Origin: Pseudomonas aeruginosa
GTDB lineage: Bacteria; Pseudomonadota; Gammaproteobacteria; Pseudomonadales; Pseudomonadaceae
Direction: 5' to 3'
NCBI RefSeq assembly: GCF_001457615.1
Contig: NZ_LN831024.1
Location: 840,001 to 872,000, forward strand
DNA: 32,000 bases
The position numbers and the translations under genes were made by a program. The notes under the pieces are model-generated. The model ran no database searches. It was not told the origin of the DNA and worked only from the letters and a program-made list of their open reading frames with translations. This document shows, piece after piece, positions 8,875 through 18,085 of this stretch; position 1 is the first letter of the stretch, and each line of letters begins with the position of its first letter.

Positions 8875-10752
8875 ATGCTTTCCGCACACTCGAAGGACCA
8901 TGTGGACTGTGTCAGCCGTGTCCTGAGGAACGCCGCGCGCCTGCCGCAGGCGCCGGTGCCGACGCCGATCCTCGACTCCTGGCGCCGCTCCATGGAGCAG
9001 CACCGTCTCGACCCGGGGTCCCTGCAAGGGCCGCGGATTCTCTCGCAGACCCTCCTCGACGAATGTCGCGAGCGTTCCGAACTGTTCCTGCGCATCGCCA
9101 GCGAAGAGGTGGCGCGACTGCATGGACGGGTGCGCGATGCCGACTACTGCGTACTGCTCACCGATGCCCAGGGGCGGACCATCGACTACCGTGTCGAGTC
9201 GACCATCCGCAACGACTGCCGCAAGGCCGGGCTGTACCTCGGCACCTGCTGGTCGGAAGGCGAGGAGGGCACCTGCGGGGTGGCCGCCGTACTCACCGAC
9301 AGGACTGCGGTGACGGTGCACAAGCGCGATCACTTCCGCGCCGCCTTCATCGACCTGACCTGTTCCGCGGCGCCGGTCTTCGATCCGCAGGGCGAGTTGC
9401 TCGGTGTGCTCGACGTTTCCGCCGTGCAATCGCCGGACGACCGCCGTAGCCAGCATCTGATCCGGCAGATGGTGGCGCAGAGCGCGCGGGAGATCGAGAA
9501 CGCCTTCTTCATGCACAGCGCCCAGGGCCATTGGGTGCTGCGCGCGCACCGTGCGCCGGGCTACGTCGACAGCCAGCCGGACTACCTGTTCGCCTGGGAC
9601 GCCGATGGGCGCCTGCTGGCGTTGAACCCGGCGGCGCGGCACTACCTGCGGCAGCGCCTGGGGCAGGTGCCGAGCCACATCGGCGAGGTGTTCGACCTCG
9701 ACGCCCTGCACGCCGCCGCCGACCAGGCGCCGTGCCTGCTGCGCGGCCAGGCCGGCGAGCTGCACGTGCGTCTCAGCGCGCCGCGGGCCAAGGCGCGGCG
9801 GCTGGAGCGCGAGGTGCCCGACGACGCTGCGCTCGACCCGCGCATCGCCGAAAGCCTGCGCCTGGCGGTGCGGGTCAAGGACCGCAACCTGCCGGTGCTG
9901 ATCCAGGGCGAGACCGGTGCCGGCAAGGAGGTTTTCGCCCGCCAGTTGCACCAGGCCAGCGCCCGTCGCGACAAACCCTTCGTCGCGCTCAACTGCGCGG
10001 CGATTCCCGAAAGCCTGATCGAGAGCGAGCTGTTCGGCTACGTTGGCGGAGCCTTTACCGGCGCGGCGGCGAAAGGGATGCGCGGCCTGCTGCAGCAGGC
10101 CGATGGCGGTACCCTGTTCCTCGACGAGATCGGTGACATGCCGCTGGGCCTGCAGACCCGCCTGCTGCGCGTGCTGGCCGAGGGCGAGGTGGCGCCGCTG
10201 GGGGCTGCGCGCCGGCAGGCTGTGGATATCCAGGTGATCTGCGCCACCCACCGCGACCTGGCGGCGCTGGTGGCGGCCGGCGGCTTCCGCGAGGATCTCT
10301 ACTTCCGCCTCGGCGGCGCCCGCTTCGAACTGCCGCCGCTACGCGAACGCAGCGACCGGCTGGCGCTGATCCGGCGCATCCTCGACGAGGAAACCGCGCA
10401 CTGCGGCGTACGCATCGAACTCGGCGAGGCAGCCCTGGAATGCCTGCTCGGCTATCGCTGGCCGGGCAATGTCCGCCAGTTGCGGCATGTGTTGCGCTAC
10501 GCCTGCGCGCTGTGCGGCGGCGCCACCCTGCAACTCGCCGACCTTCCGGCAGAGCTGCGTGGCGAAGGCCGGACACCGGCCAGTGCGTGCGAGAGCGGCG
10601 GCGGTCCGGAGCGCGACGCCCTGCTCGACGCCCTCGTGCGGCATCGCTGGAAACCCATGGCCGCGGCGCGGGAACTGGGTATCTCGCGAGCGACCCTGTA
10701 TCGGCGGGTGCGCCGGCATGGCATCCGCATGCCGGGCCAGGCGGACGACTGA
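8875..10752 (+). CDS. acoR: Sigma54-dependent transcriptional activator of acetoin catabolism
   Basis: Track ORF 8569..10752 trimmed to the ATG at 8875 ([10 protein letters not shown]), with GGAGG 5 nt upstream, giving 625 aa. It has the Walker A GETGAGKE, the GAFTGA loop ([15 protein letters not shown]) and a C-terminal HTH ([16 protein letters not shown]). An ATG at 8854 is an in-frame alternative. Confidence 0.9.
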   Translation: MLSAHSKDHVDCVSRVLRNAARLPQAPVPTPILDSWRRSMEQHRLDPGSLQGPRILSQTLLDECRERSELFLRIASEEVARLHGRVRDADYCVLLTDAQGRTIDYRVESTIRNDCRKAGLYLGTCWSEGEEGTCGVAAVLTDRTAVTVHKRDHFRAAFIDLTCSAAPVFDPQGELLGVLDVSAVQSPDDRRSQHLIRQMVAQSAREIENAFFMHSAQGHWVLRAHRAPGYVDSQPDYLFAWDADGRLLALNPAARHYLRQRLGQVPSHIGEVFDLDALHAAADQAPCLLRGQAGELHVRLSAPRAKARRLEREVPDDAALDPRIAESLRLAVRVKDRNLPVLIQGETGAGKEVFARQLHQASARRDKPFVALNCAAIPESLIESELFGYVGGAFTGAAAKGMRGLLQQADGGTLFLDEIGDMPLGLQTRLLRVLAEGEVAPLGAARRQAVDIQVICATHRDLAALVAAGGFREDLYFRLGGARFELPPLRERSDRLALIRRILDEETAHCGVRIELGEAALECLLGYRWPGNVRQLRHVLRYACALCGGATLQLADLPAELRGEGRTPASACESGGGPERDALLDALVRHRWKPMAAARELGISRATLYRRVRRHGIRMPGQADD

Positions 10753-10779
10753 GGTGCGCCGGCGGCCGGCGCAGTCGTC
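10744..10779 (+). terminator. Long GC hairpin overlapping the acoR stop codon (candidate terminator, no U-tract)
   Basis: GACGACT(10744-50)...AGTCGTC(10773-79) encloses GCGCCGGC-g-GCCGGCGC, giving about 15 paired positions with a 5-nt bulge. It is followed by aagcgcggaaaatc rather than a T-run. Confidence 0.4.
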
Positions 10780-10956
10780 AAGCGCGGAAAATCAAAACCA
10801 GCCTTGAGCCTTGCCCCGTTAATGCCGGTGGGCTTTCCCTGTAGCGTTCCGGGCAGCGGCGCAACCCGTTCGGTCGCGCCCCGCCAGGAGCCTACGGAGG
10901 AAACCCATGCCCGCCCCGCACCAGCCAGCCCGCAATCCGACCGGGGAGTTCGACCC

Positions 10957-11547
10957 ATGCCGCTAGCCCTGCTGCTCGCCATGGGCGCGTTCTCCCTGAG
11001 CCTGTCGATTTCCCCCGGTCCGGTGAACCTGACCATCGTCGCTTCCGGCGCCAACCATGGTTTCCGCCGGACCCTGCCGTTCGTCACCGGCGCCACCCTC
11101 GGCTTCGTCCTGCTGCTGGCCTTCGTCGGCTTCTGGTTCGTCCGCGCGATCGAGGCCTACCCGCGCTTCTTCGACTACCTGGGGATGGCCGGCGCGGCGT
11201 TCATCGCTCATGTGGGCTACCGCATCGCCACCGCGGATCCACGCCTGGCCCTGGAGGAAAACGGGGTCCCCGGGTTCTTCCAGGGCGTGCTCCTGCAATG
11301 GCTCAATCCCAAGGCCTGGATCGCCTGCGCTTCCGGCGTGGCCTTGTTCGCCAGCCCGAGCACGCACGCGCCGCTGCTGGTCTTCATGGCCATCTACCTG
11401 GTGGTCTGCTACCTCTCGCTGGCCGCCTGGGCACTGCTCGGTGACCGCGTGGCGCTGCTGCTCGACAGCCCCCGGCGGGTGCGCCTGTTCAATCGGGCGA
11501 TGGGCGGCACCCTGGTGCTGACCGCTGGCTACATGCTCTACCTGTAG
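10957..11547 (+). CDS. LysE/RhtB-family amino-acid (or small-molecule) exporter
   Basis: Track ORF 10804..11547 trimmed to the ATG at 10957 (MPLALLLAMGAFSLSLSISPGPVNL), with GGGGAG upstream, giving 196 aa. It is multi-TM and has the characteristic N-terminal PGP motif of the LysE superfamily. Confidence 0.8.
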   Translation: MPLALLLAMGAFSLSLSISPGPVNLTIVASGANHGFRRTLPFVTGATLGFVLLLAFVGFWFVRAIEAYPRFFDYLGMAGAAFIAHVGYRIATADPRLALEENGVPGFFQGVLLQWLNPKAWIACASGVALFASPSTHAPLLVFMAIYLVVCYLSLAAWALLGDRVALLLDSPRRVRLFNRAMGGTLVLTAGYMLYL

Positions 11548-11554
11548 CTCGCCG

Positions 11555-12445
11555 CTAGCCCGGATTGAAGGCCTCGTAGAGGCGATTGATGAGGGTATAG
11601 GCGATGCTGCTGGCGGGTACGTTGGGCGGCCACACCGCATACACCTTCAACGGCTCCAGGCGCCATTCCGGCAGCACCGCGCGCAACTCGCCGCGGCGGA
11701 TCGGCTCGTCGCTCAGGTAGGTCGGCGGCGCGGCCAGGCCGACGCCGAGGCGGGCCAGGCGGCAGGAGGCTTCGACGCTGTCGACGCGCACCCGCGGGGT
11801 GTAGTCGACGCGTACCTCCTCGTCGTCCCGCGCATGACGGAATAGCCGGCTGTCGGGGCGCATGCCGAGCCCGATCCATTCCAGCCGCTGCAGGTCGCGC
11901 GGGTGTTCCAGCGGCGCGTGCCGGGCCAGGAATGCCGGTGCCGCCACTACCTGGCGCGGCAGCAGGAACAGGTGACGGGCCTTCAGCGAGCTGTCCGGCA
12001 GGTCGCCGATGCGGAAGGCGATGTCGATGCCGTCGCCGATGATGTCGTGGCGGCTGTCGTCGCAGGCGATGCCGAGGTCGAGGTCGGGATGCTCCTCGAT
12101 GAAGGCTGCCAGGTGACGGGTGAAGTCGCCGTTGACGAACACCGCGGGCATCGAGATGCGCAGGCTGTTGCGGGTCGAGACGGCGCGCTGGCGGAACTCG
12201 ATGAAGCCCTTCTCGTAGAGTTCCAGCATGGAGCGGGCGGTGTCCAGCAACTGCGTGCCGTCCTGGGTCAGCGACAGCTTGCGGCTGTTGCGGTAGAGCA
12301 GCGCACGGCCCAGGTTCCGTTCCAGCCTGGACAGGTGCAGGCTGGCGGTCGCGGCGCTCAGGCCCAGCGCCTCGGCGCCGCCGGAGACGGAGCCGGTCTC
12401 GGCGATCTTGGCGAATACGATCAGGTAGCGGATGTCGTCGATCAT
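11555..12445 (-). CDS. LysR-family transcriptional regulator
   Basis: The ATG at 12445 (MIDDIRYLIVFAKIAETGSVSGGAEALGLSAATASLHLSRLERNLG) gives 296 aa. It has a canonical LysR wHTH plus a substrate-binding domain. It lies directly downstream of the exporter locus on the same strand. Confidence 0.9.
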   Translation of the reverse strand: MIDDIRYLIVFAKIAETGSVSGGAEALGLSAATASLHLSRLERNLGRALLYRNSRKLSLTQDGTQLLDTARSMLELYEKGFIEFRQRAVSTRNSLRISMPAVFVNGDFTRHLAAFIEEHPDLDLGIACDDSRHDIIGDGIDIAFRIGDLPDSSLKARHLFLLPRQVVAAPAFLARHAPLEHPRDLQRLEWIGLGMRPDSRLFRHARDDEEVRVDYTPRVRVDSVEASCRLARLGVGLAAPPTYLSDEPIRRGELRAVLPEWRLEPLKVYAVWPPNVPASSIAYTLINRLYEAFNPG

Positions 12446-12540
12446 GCGGTCTCTCGTCGCGGGGGCTGGGTGCATCCTGCGCGATGGCGGCCAGCCGGAC
12501 AAGCGCGAGAGGTAGAGAGCGGCGGCGCTTCCCGGGCTTT

Positions 12541-13956
12541 TCAGCGCAGGCTCCAGAAACCCAGGCGACCGAGGCTCGCCGCCAGTCGCAGACGCGAGGT
12601 CTGCCAGTTGCCGAGGGCGCGGATGTGCTGGTCCTCGGCGCTGGCGTAGGCGGTCAGGGCGTTGAGCAGCTCGATCATGCTGCCGACCCCTGAGCGGTAG
12701 CGGCCCTGCACCACCTCCAGGCTTTGCCGCGACTGTTCGACCAGTTCGCGGGTGCGCGCCAGGCTGCGGGTCTCGACGCTGAGCGACTGGTAGTTGTTCC
12801 ACACCTCCAGCGAAACCTGCTGCTCGGTGTCGGCCAGCTCCGCTTCGCTGGCTTCGCGGCGGGCCAGGGCGTTGCGGACCTGGTAGGTGCGTTCGAAGCC
12901 TTCGAACAACGGGATGTTCAGTTGCAGGCCGATGCTGCGGTCGCGTTCGCGGGTATCGCCGTTGAACGCCATCGCCTGGTCGCTATGGCTGCGTGCCAGG
13001 TTGGCGCTCAGCGCCAGGCTCGGCCGGCCGGCGGCGCGGCTTTCCTCCACCGAGGCGGCGGCGGCTTTCAGCCGCGCCTGGGCGGCGAGCAGCGCCGGAT
13101 GCTCGCGGCGGGCTTCGGCGAGCATCTCGTCGATGGCCTTGACGAAGCCGGTGTCGGGTTGCGCCTCCAGCTCGCCGGAGAGGCGCAGCGGGGTATCCGG
13201 CGCCAGGCCCATGCGCAGGGCGATGACGCCGAGGGCGTTGCTCAGGGCGCCTTCGTCGCGGACCTGGGCGAGGCTCGCCTGGGACAGCGCGGTCTGCGCC
13301 TGCAGGCGATCGGAAAGGGCGGCGGCGCCGGCCCGGTACTTGGCGTCGGCGGCTTCCAGGTTCTGCGCCGCCAGCTCCGCGACCTGCCGCGAGGCGGCCA
13401 GGCTGCGCTGGGCGGCGAGGGCGTCGTAGTAGGCCTGGGCGGCGAGGGCGAAGGTGTTCTGCAGGGTCGCGTCCTGGCTGGCGTTGGCCGCCAGCAGCAA
13501 CTGCTGGGCGTTGCGCAGGGCGGCGCTGCGGCGGCCGAAGTCGAACAGCACCCAGCTCAATTGGAGGCTGGCGCCACGCCGGTGTCGATGGCCGTCGCCG
13601 GAGAGGTAGGGGGCATCGCGATAATCCATGTCGCTGTAGCCGCGACTGGCGTCGAGACGGCCGTCCAGGCGCGGCAGGTAGGCGGACTTGCCGATCCCGA
13701 CCTGGGCCGCCTGGGCCTTGGCATTGGCCCAGGCGAGGCGGGTCTGTGGGTCGTGGCAGAGGATCCGCTCGATGGCTTCCTCCAGGCTCAGCTCGGTCGG
13801 TGGCGGCCCGCCGCGGCAGGGCAAACCGCTGCCGCCGAGGTCGTAGACCGCCTGGCCGGCGACCTGGCCGGCGGTGCCGAACACGTCCGGCTCGTAGGCG
13901 GCGGCGCCGGGAACCAGGCCGAGCAGGCCGCACAACAGGCCGGCGAGGGCACGCAT
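12541..13956 (-). CDS. TolC-family outer-membrane efflux protein (type I secretion OMP)
   Basis: Track ORF, 471 aa. It has the signal peptide MRALAGLLCGLLGLVPGAAA. It shows the two-repeat OEP architecture with alanine/glutamine-rich coiled segments. Its start codon abuts or overlaps the ABC transporter stop at 13956. Confidence 0.9.
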   Translation of the reverse strand: MRALAGLLCGLLGLVPGAAAYEPDVFGTAGQVAGQAVYDLGGSGLPCRGGPPPTELSLEEAIERILCHDPQTRLAWANAKAQAAQVGIGKSAYLPRLDGRLDASRGYSDMDYRDAPYLSGDGHRHRRGASLQLSWVLFDFGRRSAALRNAQQLLLAANASQDATLQNTFALAAQAYYDALAAQRSLAASRQVAELAAQNLEAADAKYRAGAAALSDRLQAQTALSQASLAQVRDEGALSNALGVIALRMGLAPDTPLRLSGELEAQPDTGFVKAIDEMLAEARREHPALLAAQARLKAAAASVEESRAAGRPSLALSANLARSHSDQAMAFNGDTRERDRSIGLQLNIPLFEGFERTYQVRNALARREASEAELADTEQQVSLEVWNNYQSLSVETRSLARTRELVEQSRQSLEVVQGRYRSGVGSMIELLNALTAYASAEDQHIRALGNWQTSRLRLAASLGRLGFWSLR

Positions 13957-16115
13957 CAGGCCTGCTCCCGCGCCGCGGCGGCCTGGCGTTCGGCCAGGCG
14001 CGCGGTGCTTTCGTCGAGGCTTACCTTGCCCTGGCCGAGGACTATCACGCGGTCCGCCGAGGCGATGGTCTCGGGCCGATGGGCGACCATGATGCGGGTG
14101 ATGCGCAGCGCGCGAATGGCGGCGTTGACCCGCTGTTCGCAGTGTACGTCGAGGTGGCTGGTGGCTTCGTCGAGGAACAGGATGCGCGGCTTCTTGTACA
14201 GCGCCCGGGCCAGCATCACCCGCTGCTTCTGGCCGCCGGAGAGCACCGTGCCCATGTCGCCGACCAGGGTGTTGTAGCCCATCGGCATGGCCTGGATGTC
14301 ATCGTGGATGGCAGCCATCTGCGCGCACTGCAGCAGCCAGGGCATGTCCGGTTGCGGGTCGAAGAAACTGATGTTGTCGCTGAGCGAACCGGCGAACAGC
14401 ACGTCGTCCTGCAGCACCGTGCCGACCAGTTCGCGCAGGCCGTCCAGGCCCAGTTGCGCAAGGTCCAGGCCGGCCATGCGGATCTGTCCCTCCACTGGCG
14501 GGAGGATGCCCAGCAGGACGTTGAACAGGGTGCTCTTGCCGCAGCCCGAGGGGCCGACGATGGCCACCGACTCGCCGCCGGCGATGCGCAGGTCGAGGCC
14601 GTCGAGGACCCAGGGCTCCTGTTCCGCGTAGCGGTAGCGCAGGCCCTGGATCTCGATGCTCGCCTCGCGCTCGCGGAGGTTCTCCGGGAGGATGTCGCCG
14701 TGGCTGACCTCCGGGGCCTGGAGCACGATGTCGGCCAGGCGCTCGCCCTGCAACTGGAGCATGCGCAGCTCGAAGAACTTGTCGATCAGGCTGCCGACGC
14801 GGCTGTCGAACTGCGACTTGTAGGCGTTGAAGGCCATCAGGATGCCGACGCTGAACTGGCCGTCCATCACCATGGTCGCGCCGAGCCAGATCACCAGCAG
14901 GTTCTCCACGCCGAACAGCAGGCCGTTGAGCTGCTGGTAGAACAGTTGCAGCTTCTGCGTACGCAGGCCGGCGTTGATCTGTTCCACCAGCAGGCCGAGC
15001 CATACCGAGCGGCGCTCGTCCTGGCGCTGGAACAGCTTCAGCGGGCGGATGCCGCGCACCGTCTCGAGGAAGTGGCTCTGCTGGCGCGCGGCGTGGACGA
15101 TCTGCTCCTCGGTGGCGTTGCGCAACGGCCGGTACCAGATCCAGCGGCCGAGGGCGTAGAGGCTCATGGCGGCGATGGCGATGGCCGCCAGTGGCGGACT
15201 GTAGAGCAGCATCATGCCGAGGGTGGCGACGGTCATCAGGCCGTCCAGCACCGCCGAGAGGAAGGCCGCGGTGAGGGTCTGCTGGATGCTGTTCACCGCG
15301 CCGAAGCGCGACACCACGTCGCCCAGGTGGCGCTTCTCGAAATACTGCGCGGGCAGCCGCAGCAGGTGGCTGAAGACGTTGGCCTGCCACTGCACGCCGA
15401 GCAGGGTGCTCATGTGCATCATCACCCAGGCGCGCACCCCGCTGACCGCCTGCTGCATCAGCAGCAACAGGCCGAAGCCGATGGCCAGGGTGCTGAGCAG
15501 GTCACGGTCTTCGCTGACGATGACGTTGTCGATGGTCCATTGCAGGAAGAACGGACTGATCAGCGAGAACACTTCCAGCGCGCCGGCGAGCAGCAGCACC
15601 TGGGCCAGCGAGCGGTACAGCCCGGTGACCTTGCCGAGCATGCCCAGCAGCTTGATCCGCGGCGGCGCCTCCTGTTTCTCGAAGCCGCTCTCCGGCCAGA
15701 GTTCCAGGGCTACCCCGGTGAAGCTCCGCGAGACTTCCTCCAGGCCCAGCCGGCGCTGGCCGTGGGCGGGGTCGTGGAGCACCGCGCCGCGCCCGTCGAC
15801 CGCCTTGAGCACGACGAAGTGGTTGAAGTTCCAGTGCAGCACGCAGGGCAGCTTGAGCTTGCCGAGGTCGCCGAGGTCGAGCTTCACCGCGCGGGTGCCC
15901 AGGCCGAGGCGGTGGGCGGTCTGGATCAGTTGCTTGAGGGAGATGCCCTTGAGCGATACGGAGAAGCGCCGGCGCAGTTCCATCAGGCCGGTATGGTGGC
16001 CGTGGTAGCCGGCGATCATCGCCAGGCAGGCCAGGCCGCATTCGGTGGCTTCGGTCTGCAGCACCAGCGGCAGGCGGCGGCCCAGGCGCAGGGCGAGAGC
16101 GTCGAGAAAGGCCAT
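13956..16115 (-). CDS. CvaB-like bacteriocin/microcin ABC exporter with N-terminal C39 cysteine-peptidase domain
   Basis: Track ORF, 719 aa. The C39 motif QTEATECGLACLAMIAGYHG retains the catalytic Cys, and a downstream His context (LHWNFNHFVVL) is present. It has a six-TM domain, the Walker A GPSGCGKST, the signature LSGGQKQR and the Walker B ILFLDEATSHLD. From memory it is colinear with E. coli CvaB. Confidence 0.95.
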   Translation of the reverse strand: MAFLDALALRLGRRLPLVLQTEATECGLACLAMIAGYHGHHTGLMELRRRFSVSLKGISLKQLIQTAHRLGLGTRAVKLDLGDLGKLKLPCVLHWNFNHFVVLKAVDGRGAVLHDPAHGQRRLGLEEVSRSFTGVALELWPESGFEKQEAPPRIKLLGMLGKVTGLYRSLAQVLLLAGALEVFSLISPFFLQWTIDNVIVSEDRDLLSTLAIGFGLLLLMQQAVSGVRAWVMMHMSTLLGVQWQANVFSHLLRLPAQYFEKRHLGDVVSRFGAVNSIQQTLTAAFLSAVLDGLMTVATLGMMLLYSPPLAAIAIAAMSLYALGRWIWYRPLRNATEEQIVHAARQQSHFLETVRGIRPLKLFQRQDERRSVWLGLLVEQINAGLRTQKLQLFYQQLNGLLFGVENLLVIWLGATMVMDGQFSVGILMAFNAYKSQFDSRVGSLIDKFFELRMLQLQGERLADIVLQAPEVSHGDILPENLREREASIEIQGLRYRYAEQEPWVLDGLDLRIAGGESVAIVGPSGCGKSTLFNVLLGILPPVEGQIRMAGLDLAQLGLDGLRELVGTVLQDDVLFAGSLSDNISFFDPQPDMPWLLQCAQMAAIHDDIQAMPMGYNTLVGDMGTVLSGGQKQRVMLARALYKKPRILFLDEATSHLDVHCEQRVNAAIRALRITRIMVAHRPETIASADRVIVLGQGKVSLDESTARLAERQAAAAREQA

Positions 16116-16124
16116 GGGTCGTTC

Positions 16125-17381
16125 CTAGAGTTTGCCGGTCAGGCTGTAGAGCGGTTCCAGCACCCATTCGTAGAGGCGCCGGGTGTCCTGGAGGATGTCG
16201 GCGTCCAGCAGCATGCCGCTCTGCAGCGGACGCGGCTGGCCGTAGGCGGTCACCGCCTGGTCGTCGAGGGTTACCCGCAGCCGGTACAGCTGCTCGCCAT
16301 CCTGGCCGAGCCCCGGTACGCCGCCGACCATGCTGGAAAGCTCGGCATAGGAGACGCTGGCGCGGGAGATCGACTGCACCTTGCCGTGGTACTGGCCGAA
16401 CTTCTGGTACGGATAGGCCTGGTAGCGGATCAGCACCGCGTCGCCCGGCCGGATGAAACCGATGGACTTGCTCGGCGCGTAGAGTTCGGCCTGCAACGGG
16501 GTGTCGGCGGGAACGATGCTCAGCAGCGGACGCGAGCTGTCGACGGTCTGCCCGGCTTCGGCGAGCACGGCGGTGGCGATGCCGCTCTCCGGCGCGGTGA
16601 CCAGCAAGGTGCGCTTGGCTTCGCTTTCGGCCAGGTCCTGCTCCACCGCGCTGAGCTGGCGGCGGGTTTCCGCGAGCTGGTTGGCCTGGCGCGCGGAAAG
16701 CCCGGCGAGTTCGTTGCGGCGCTCGGTCAACTGCTGCCGCAGCGACGTGCGTTCGCGCTCCAGGCCTTGCAGGGTCTGGCGCTGGCCGAGCAGCTCGGCC
16801 TGGCGCTGCTGCAACTGGTCCATGGAGATGTAGCCCTTGTCCATCAGCCCCTGGTAGCGCGCGGCGGCGTCGCTGGCCAGCGCCAGCAGGCGTTGCTGGC
16901 TGTCGGTCTGGGCGGCGAGGGTGGTGAGTTCGCGTTGCAGGCTGGCGACCTTGCTGGTCAGGCTGTCGCGCTCGTCGTCTTGCAGGCGGCGAAGCTTTTC
17001 CAGTTCGTCGCGCAGGGAGTCGCGGCGTTGTTCCAGGCGCCTGCTGATACCGGCCTGCACCGGGCCGGCATCGCTGCCGTAGCGTTCGCTGGAAAGCACC
17101 ATCAGGCGCTCGCCGCGTCGTACCGCCTGGCCTTCCTGGACGAACTTGCGCAGCACGATGCCGGCCTGCGGCGCGTGCACCTTGACCTGGCCGCTGGCGG
17201 GCACCAATTGGCCGCTGACGGTGCTGCGCTTGGTGTAGCTGCCGAACAGGAAGAAGCCCACCACCAGCAGCGCCATCGCCGCGGCCAGCAGGGTGAGAAA
17301 AGTGAAGGAGACCGGGCGGATCAGCACGATCTCGCCCAGGCCGCCGGCATGCTGGGCGTCGAGGGCTTCCTGGCGAAACAT
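16125..17381 (-). CDS. CvaA/HlyD-family periplasmic adaptor (membrane fusion protein)
   Basis: Track ORF 16125..17429. The ATG at 17381 gives MFRQEALDAQ..., which mirrors the CvaA N-terminus (MFRQDALENRK, from memory). It has an N-terminal TM helix and a long coiled coil. The GTG at 17429 is an alternative start. Confidence 0.9.
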   Translation of the reverse strand: MFRQEALDAQHAGGLGEIVLIRPVSFTFLTLLAAAMALLVVGFFLFGSYTKRSTVSGQLVPASGQVKVHAPQAGIVLRKFVQEGQAVRRGERLMVLSSERYGSDAGPVQAGISRRLEQRRDSLRDELEKLRRLQDDERDSLTSKVASLQRELTTLAAQTDSQQRLLALASDAAARYQGLMDKGYISMDQLQQRQAELLGQRQTLQGLERERTSLRQQLTERRNELAGLSARQANQLAETRRQLSAVEQDLAESEAKRTLLVTAPESGIATAVLAEAGQTVDSSRPLLSIVPADTPLQAELYAPSKSIGFIRPGDAVLIRYQAYPYQKFGQYHGKVQSISRASVSYAELSSMVGGVPGLGQDGEQLYRLRVTLDDQAVTAYGQPRPLQSGMLLDADILQDTRRLYEWVLEPLYSLTGKL

Positions 17382-17477
17382 GGTGGCTGGATCCTGGATT
17401 CGAATAATACTTGCATGACACTCCGACACCCTTGCGAAAGTTCAAACGCATGAAGTGCCGGAGTGCGACTTTTCTAA

Positions 17478-17777
17478 TTAGATGGTGGTGCGGCCTACAT
17501 CACCGGGACCGAAGTTTTCCCGGTATTGGCCCAAGTAACCGACAGCCGTCTCTGCATTGGTGAAGAGACCGACCGTGCCCCCGGCAATAGCACCCATGGC
17601 GGTTGGCACGATCAGGCCGACCAACTGGGAAAGAGCGCCGAAGCCGAAGCCGCCGGCACCGCCCCATTTCCCGCCGATTGCCATGCCCGTCGCGGCGCCG
17701 TCGACGGCGCCTACGATCATGCCGGAAAGAGTTCCACCCGAAACGCAGGTGACTTCAATGTCATTGAGTTCTTTCAT
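17478..17777 (-). CDS. Glycine-rich class II microcin/bacteriocin-like precursor with double-glycine leader
   Basis: Track ORF, 99 aa, with AAGGAG upstream. The leader MKELNDIEVTCVSGG ends in GG. The predicted 84-aa core has 22 Gly by my count and many Ala/Val/Ile, contains no Cys, and includes GMAIGG and GGAGGFGFG tracts reminiscent of microcin V. It lies immediately upstream of the CvaA/CvaB-like genes. Confidence 0.75.
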   Translation of the reverse strand: MKELNDIEVTCVSGGTLSGMIVGAVDGAATGMAIGGKWGGAGGFGFGALSQLVGLIVPTAMGAIAGGTVGLFTNAETAVGYLGQYRENFGPGDVGRTTI

Positions 17778-17794
17778 TTCATATATCTCCTTTA

Positions 17795-17818
17795 GGCTTT
17801 CCGTGAGTCTGGAAAGCC
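17795..17818 (-). promoter_or_regulatory. Perfect 8-bp stem-loop in the 5' leader of the Gly-rich peptide gene
   Basis: GGCTTTCC-gtgagtct-GGAAAGCC lies only a few nt upstream of the AAGGAG ribosome-binding site. Confidence 0.4.
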
Positions 17819-18085
17819 ATTCGATGGTACTAATCCGAAAGAGTGGGATGAACTGCCAGGATTAGCGGTTTTTCATGGGATCGATAATTCGTTTGACAAT
17901 GAGTTTCAATATTCGGCGGATGAAGGTTTGCCACTCCGGGTAAACTTTGCGAATGATTAAGGCCGGTTCGTGCGACACCTCGATAAGACCTGTTGAACAA
18001 GTCAACGCCGTATCGAGGGCTCATTCATATCGGCTCCGGCCAACCGCTCTTCGTCCGAGTCAGTACGGCCTCGCATAGCGGCATT

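Noticed and set aside
8779-10251. 490-aa minus-strand ORF opposite acoR
   Set aside because: It is antisense to a gene with clear sigma54-activator motifs. Its composition is Arg/Ala/Gly-rich, it has no motifs, and there is no RBS context.
13746-17453. 1235-aa plus-strand ORF, the longest in the track
   Set aside because: It lies entirely antisense to the CvaB-like and CvaA-like genes, which have unmistakable motifs. Its translation is low-complexity Ala/Gly/Arg/Leu-rich with no recognisable domain. This is a typical high-GC shadow ORF.
17419-17465. 7-bp inverted repeat CACTCCG...CGGAGTG between the peptide gene stop and the adaptor gene start as an attenuator
   Set aside because: The 33-nt loop and short stem make a stable structure doubtful. 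I cannot support it without folding energies.
17851-17866. TGGCAG-N5-CCCAC on the minus strand upstream of the Gly-rich peptide gene as a sigma54 promoter
   Set aside because: The -12 element lacks the conserved TTGC/GC, and only the -24 GG half matches.
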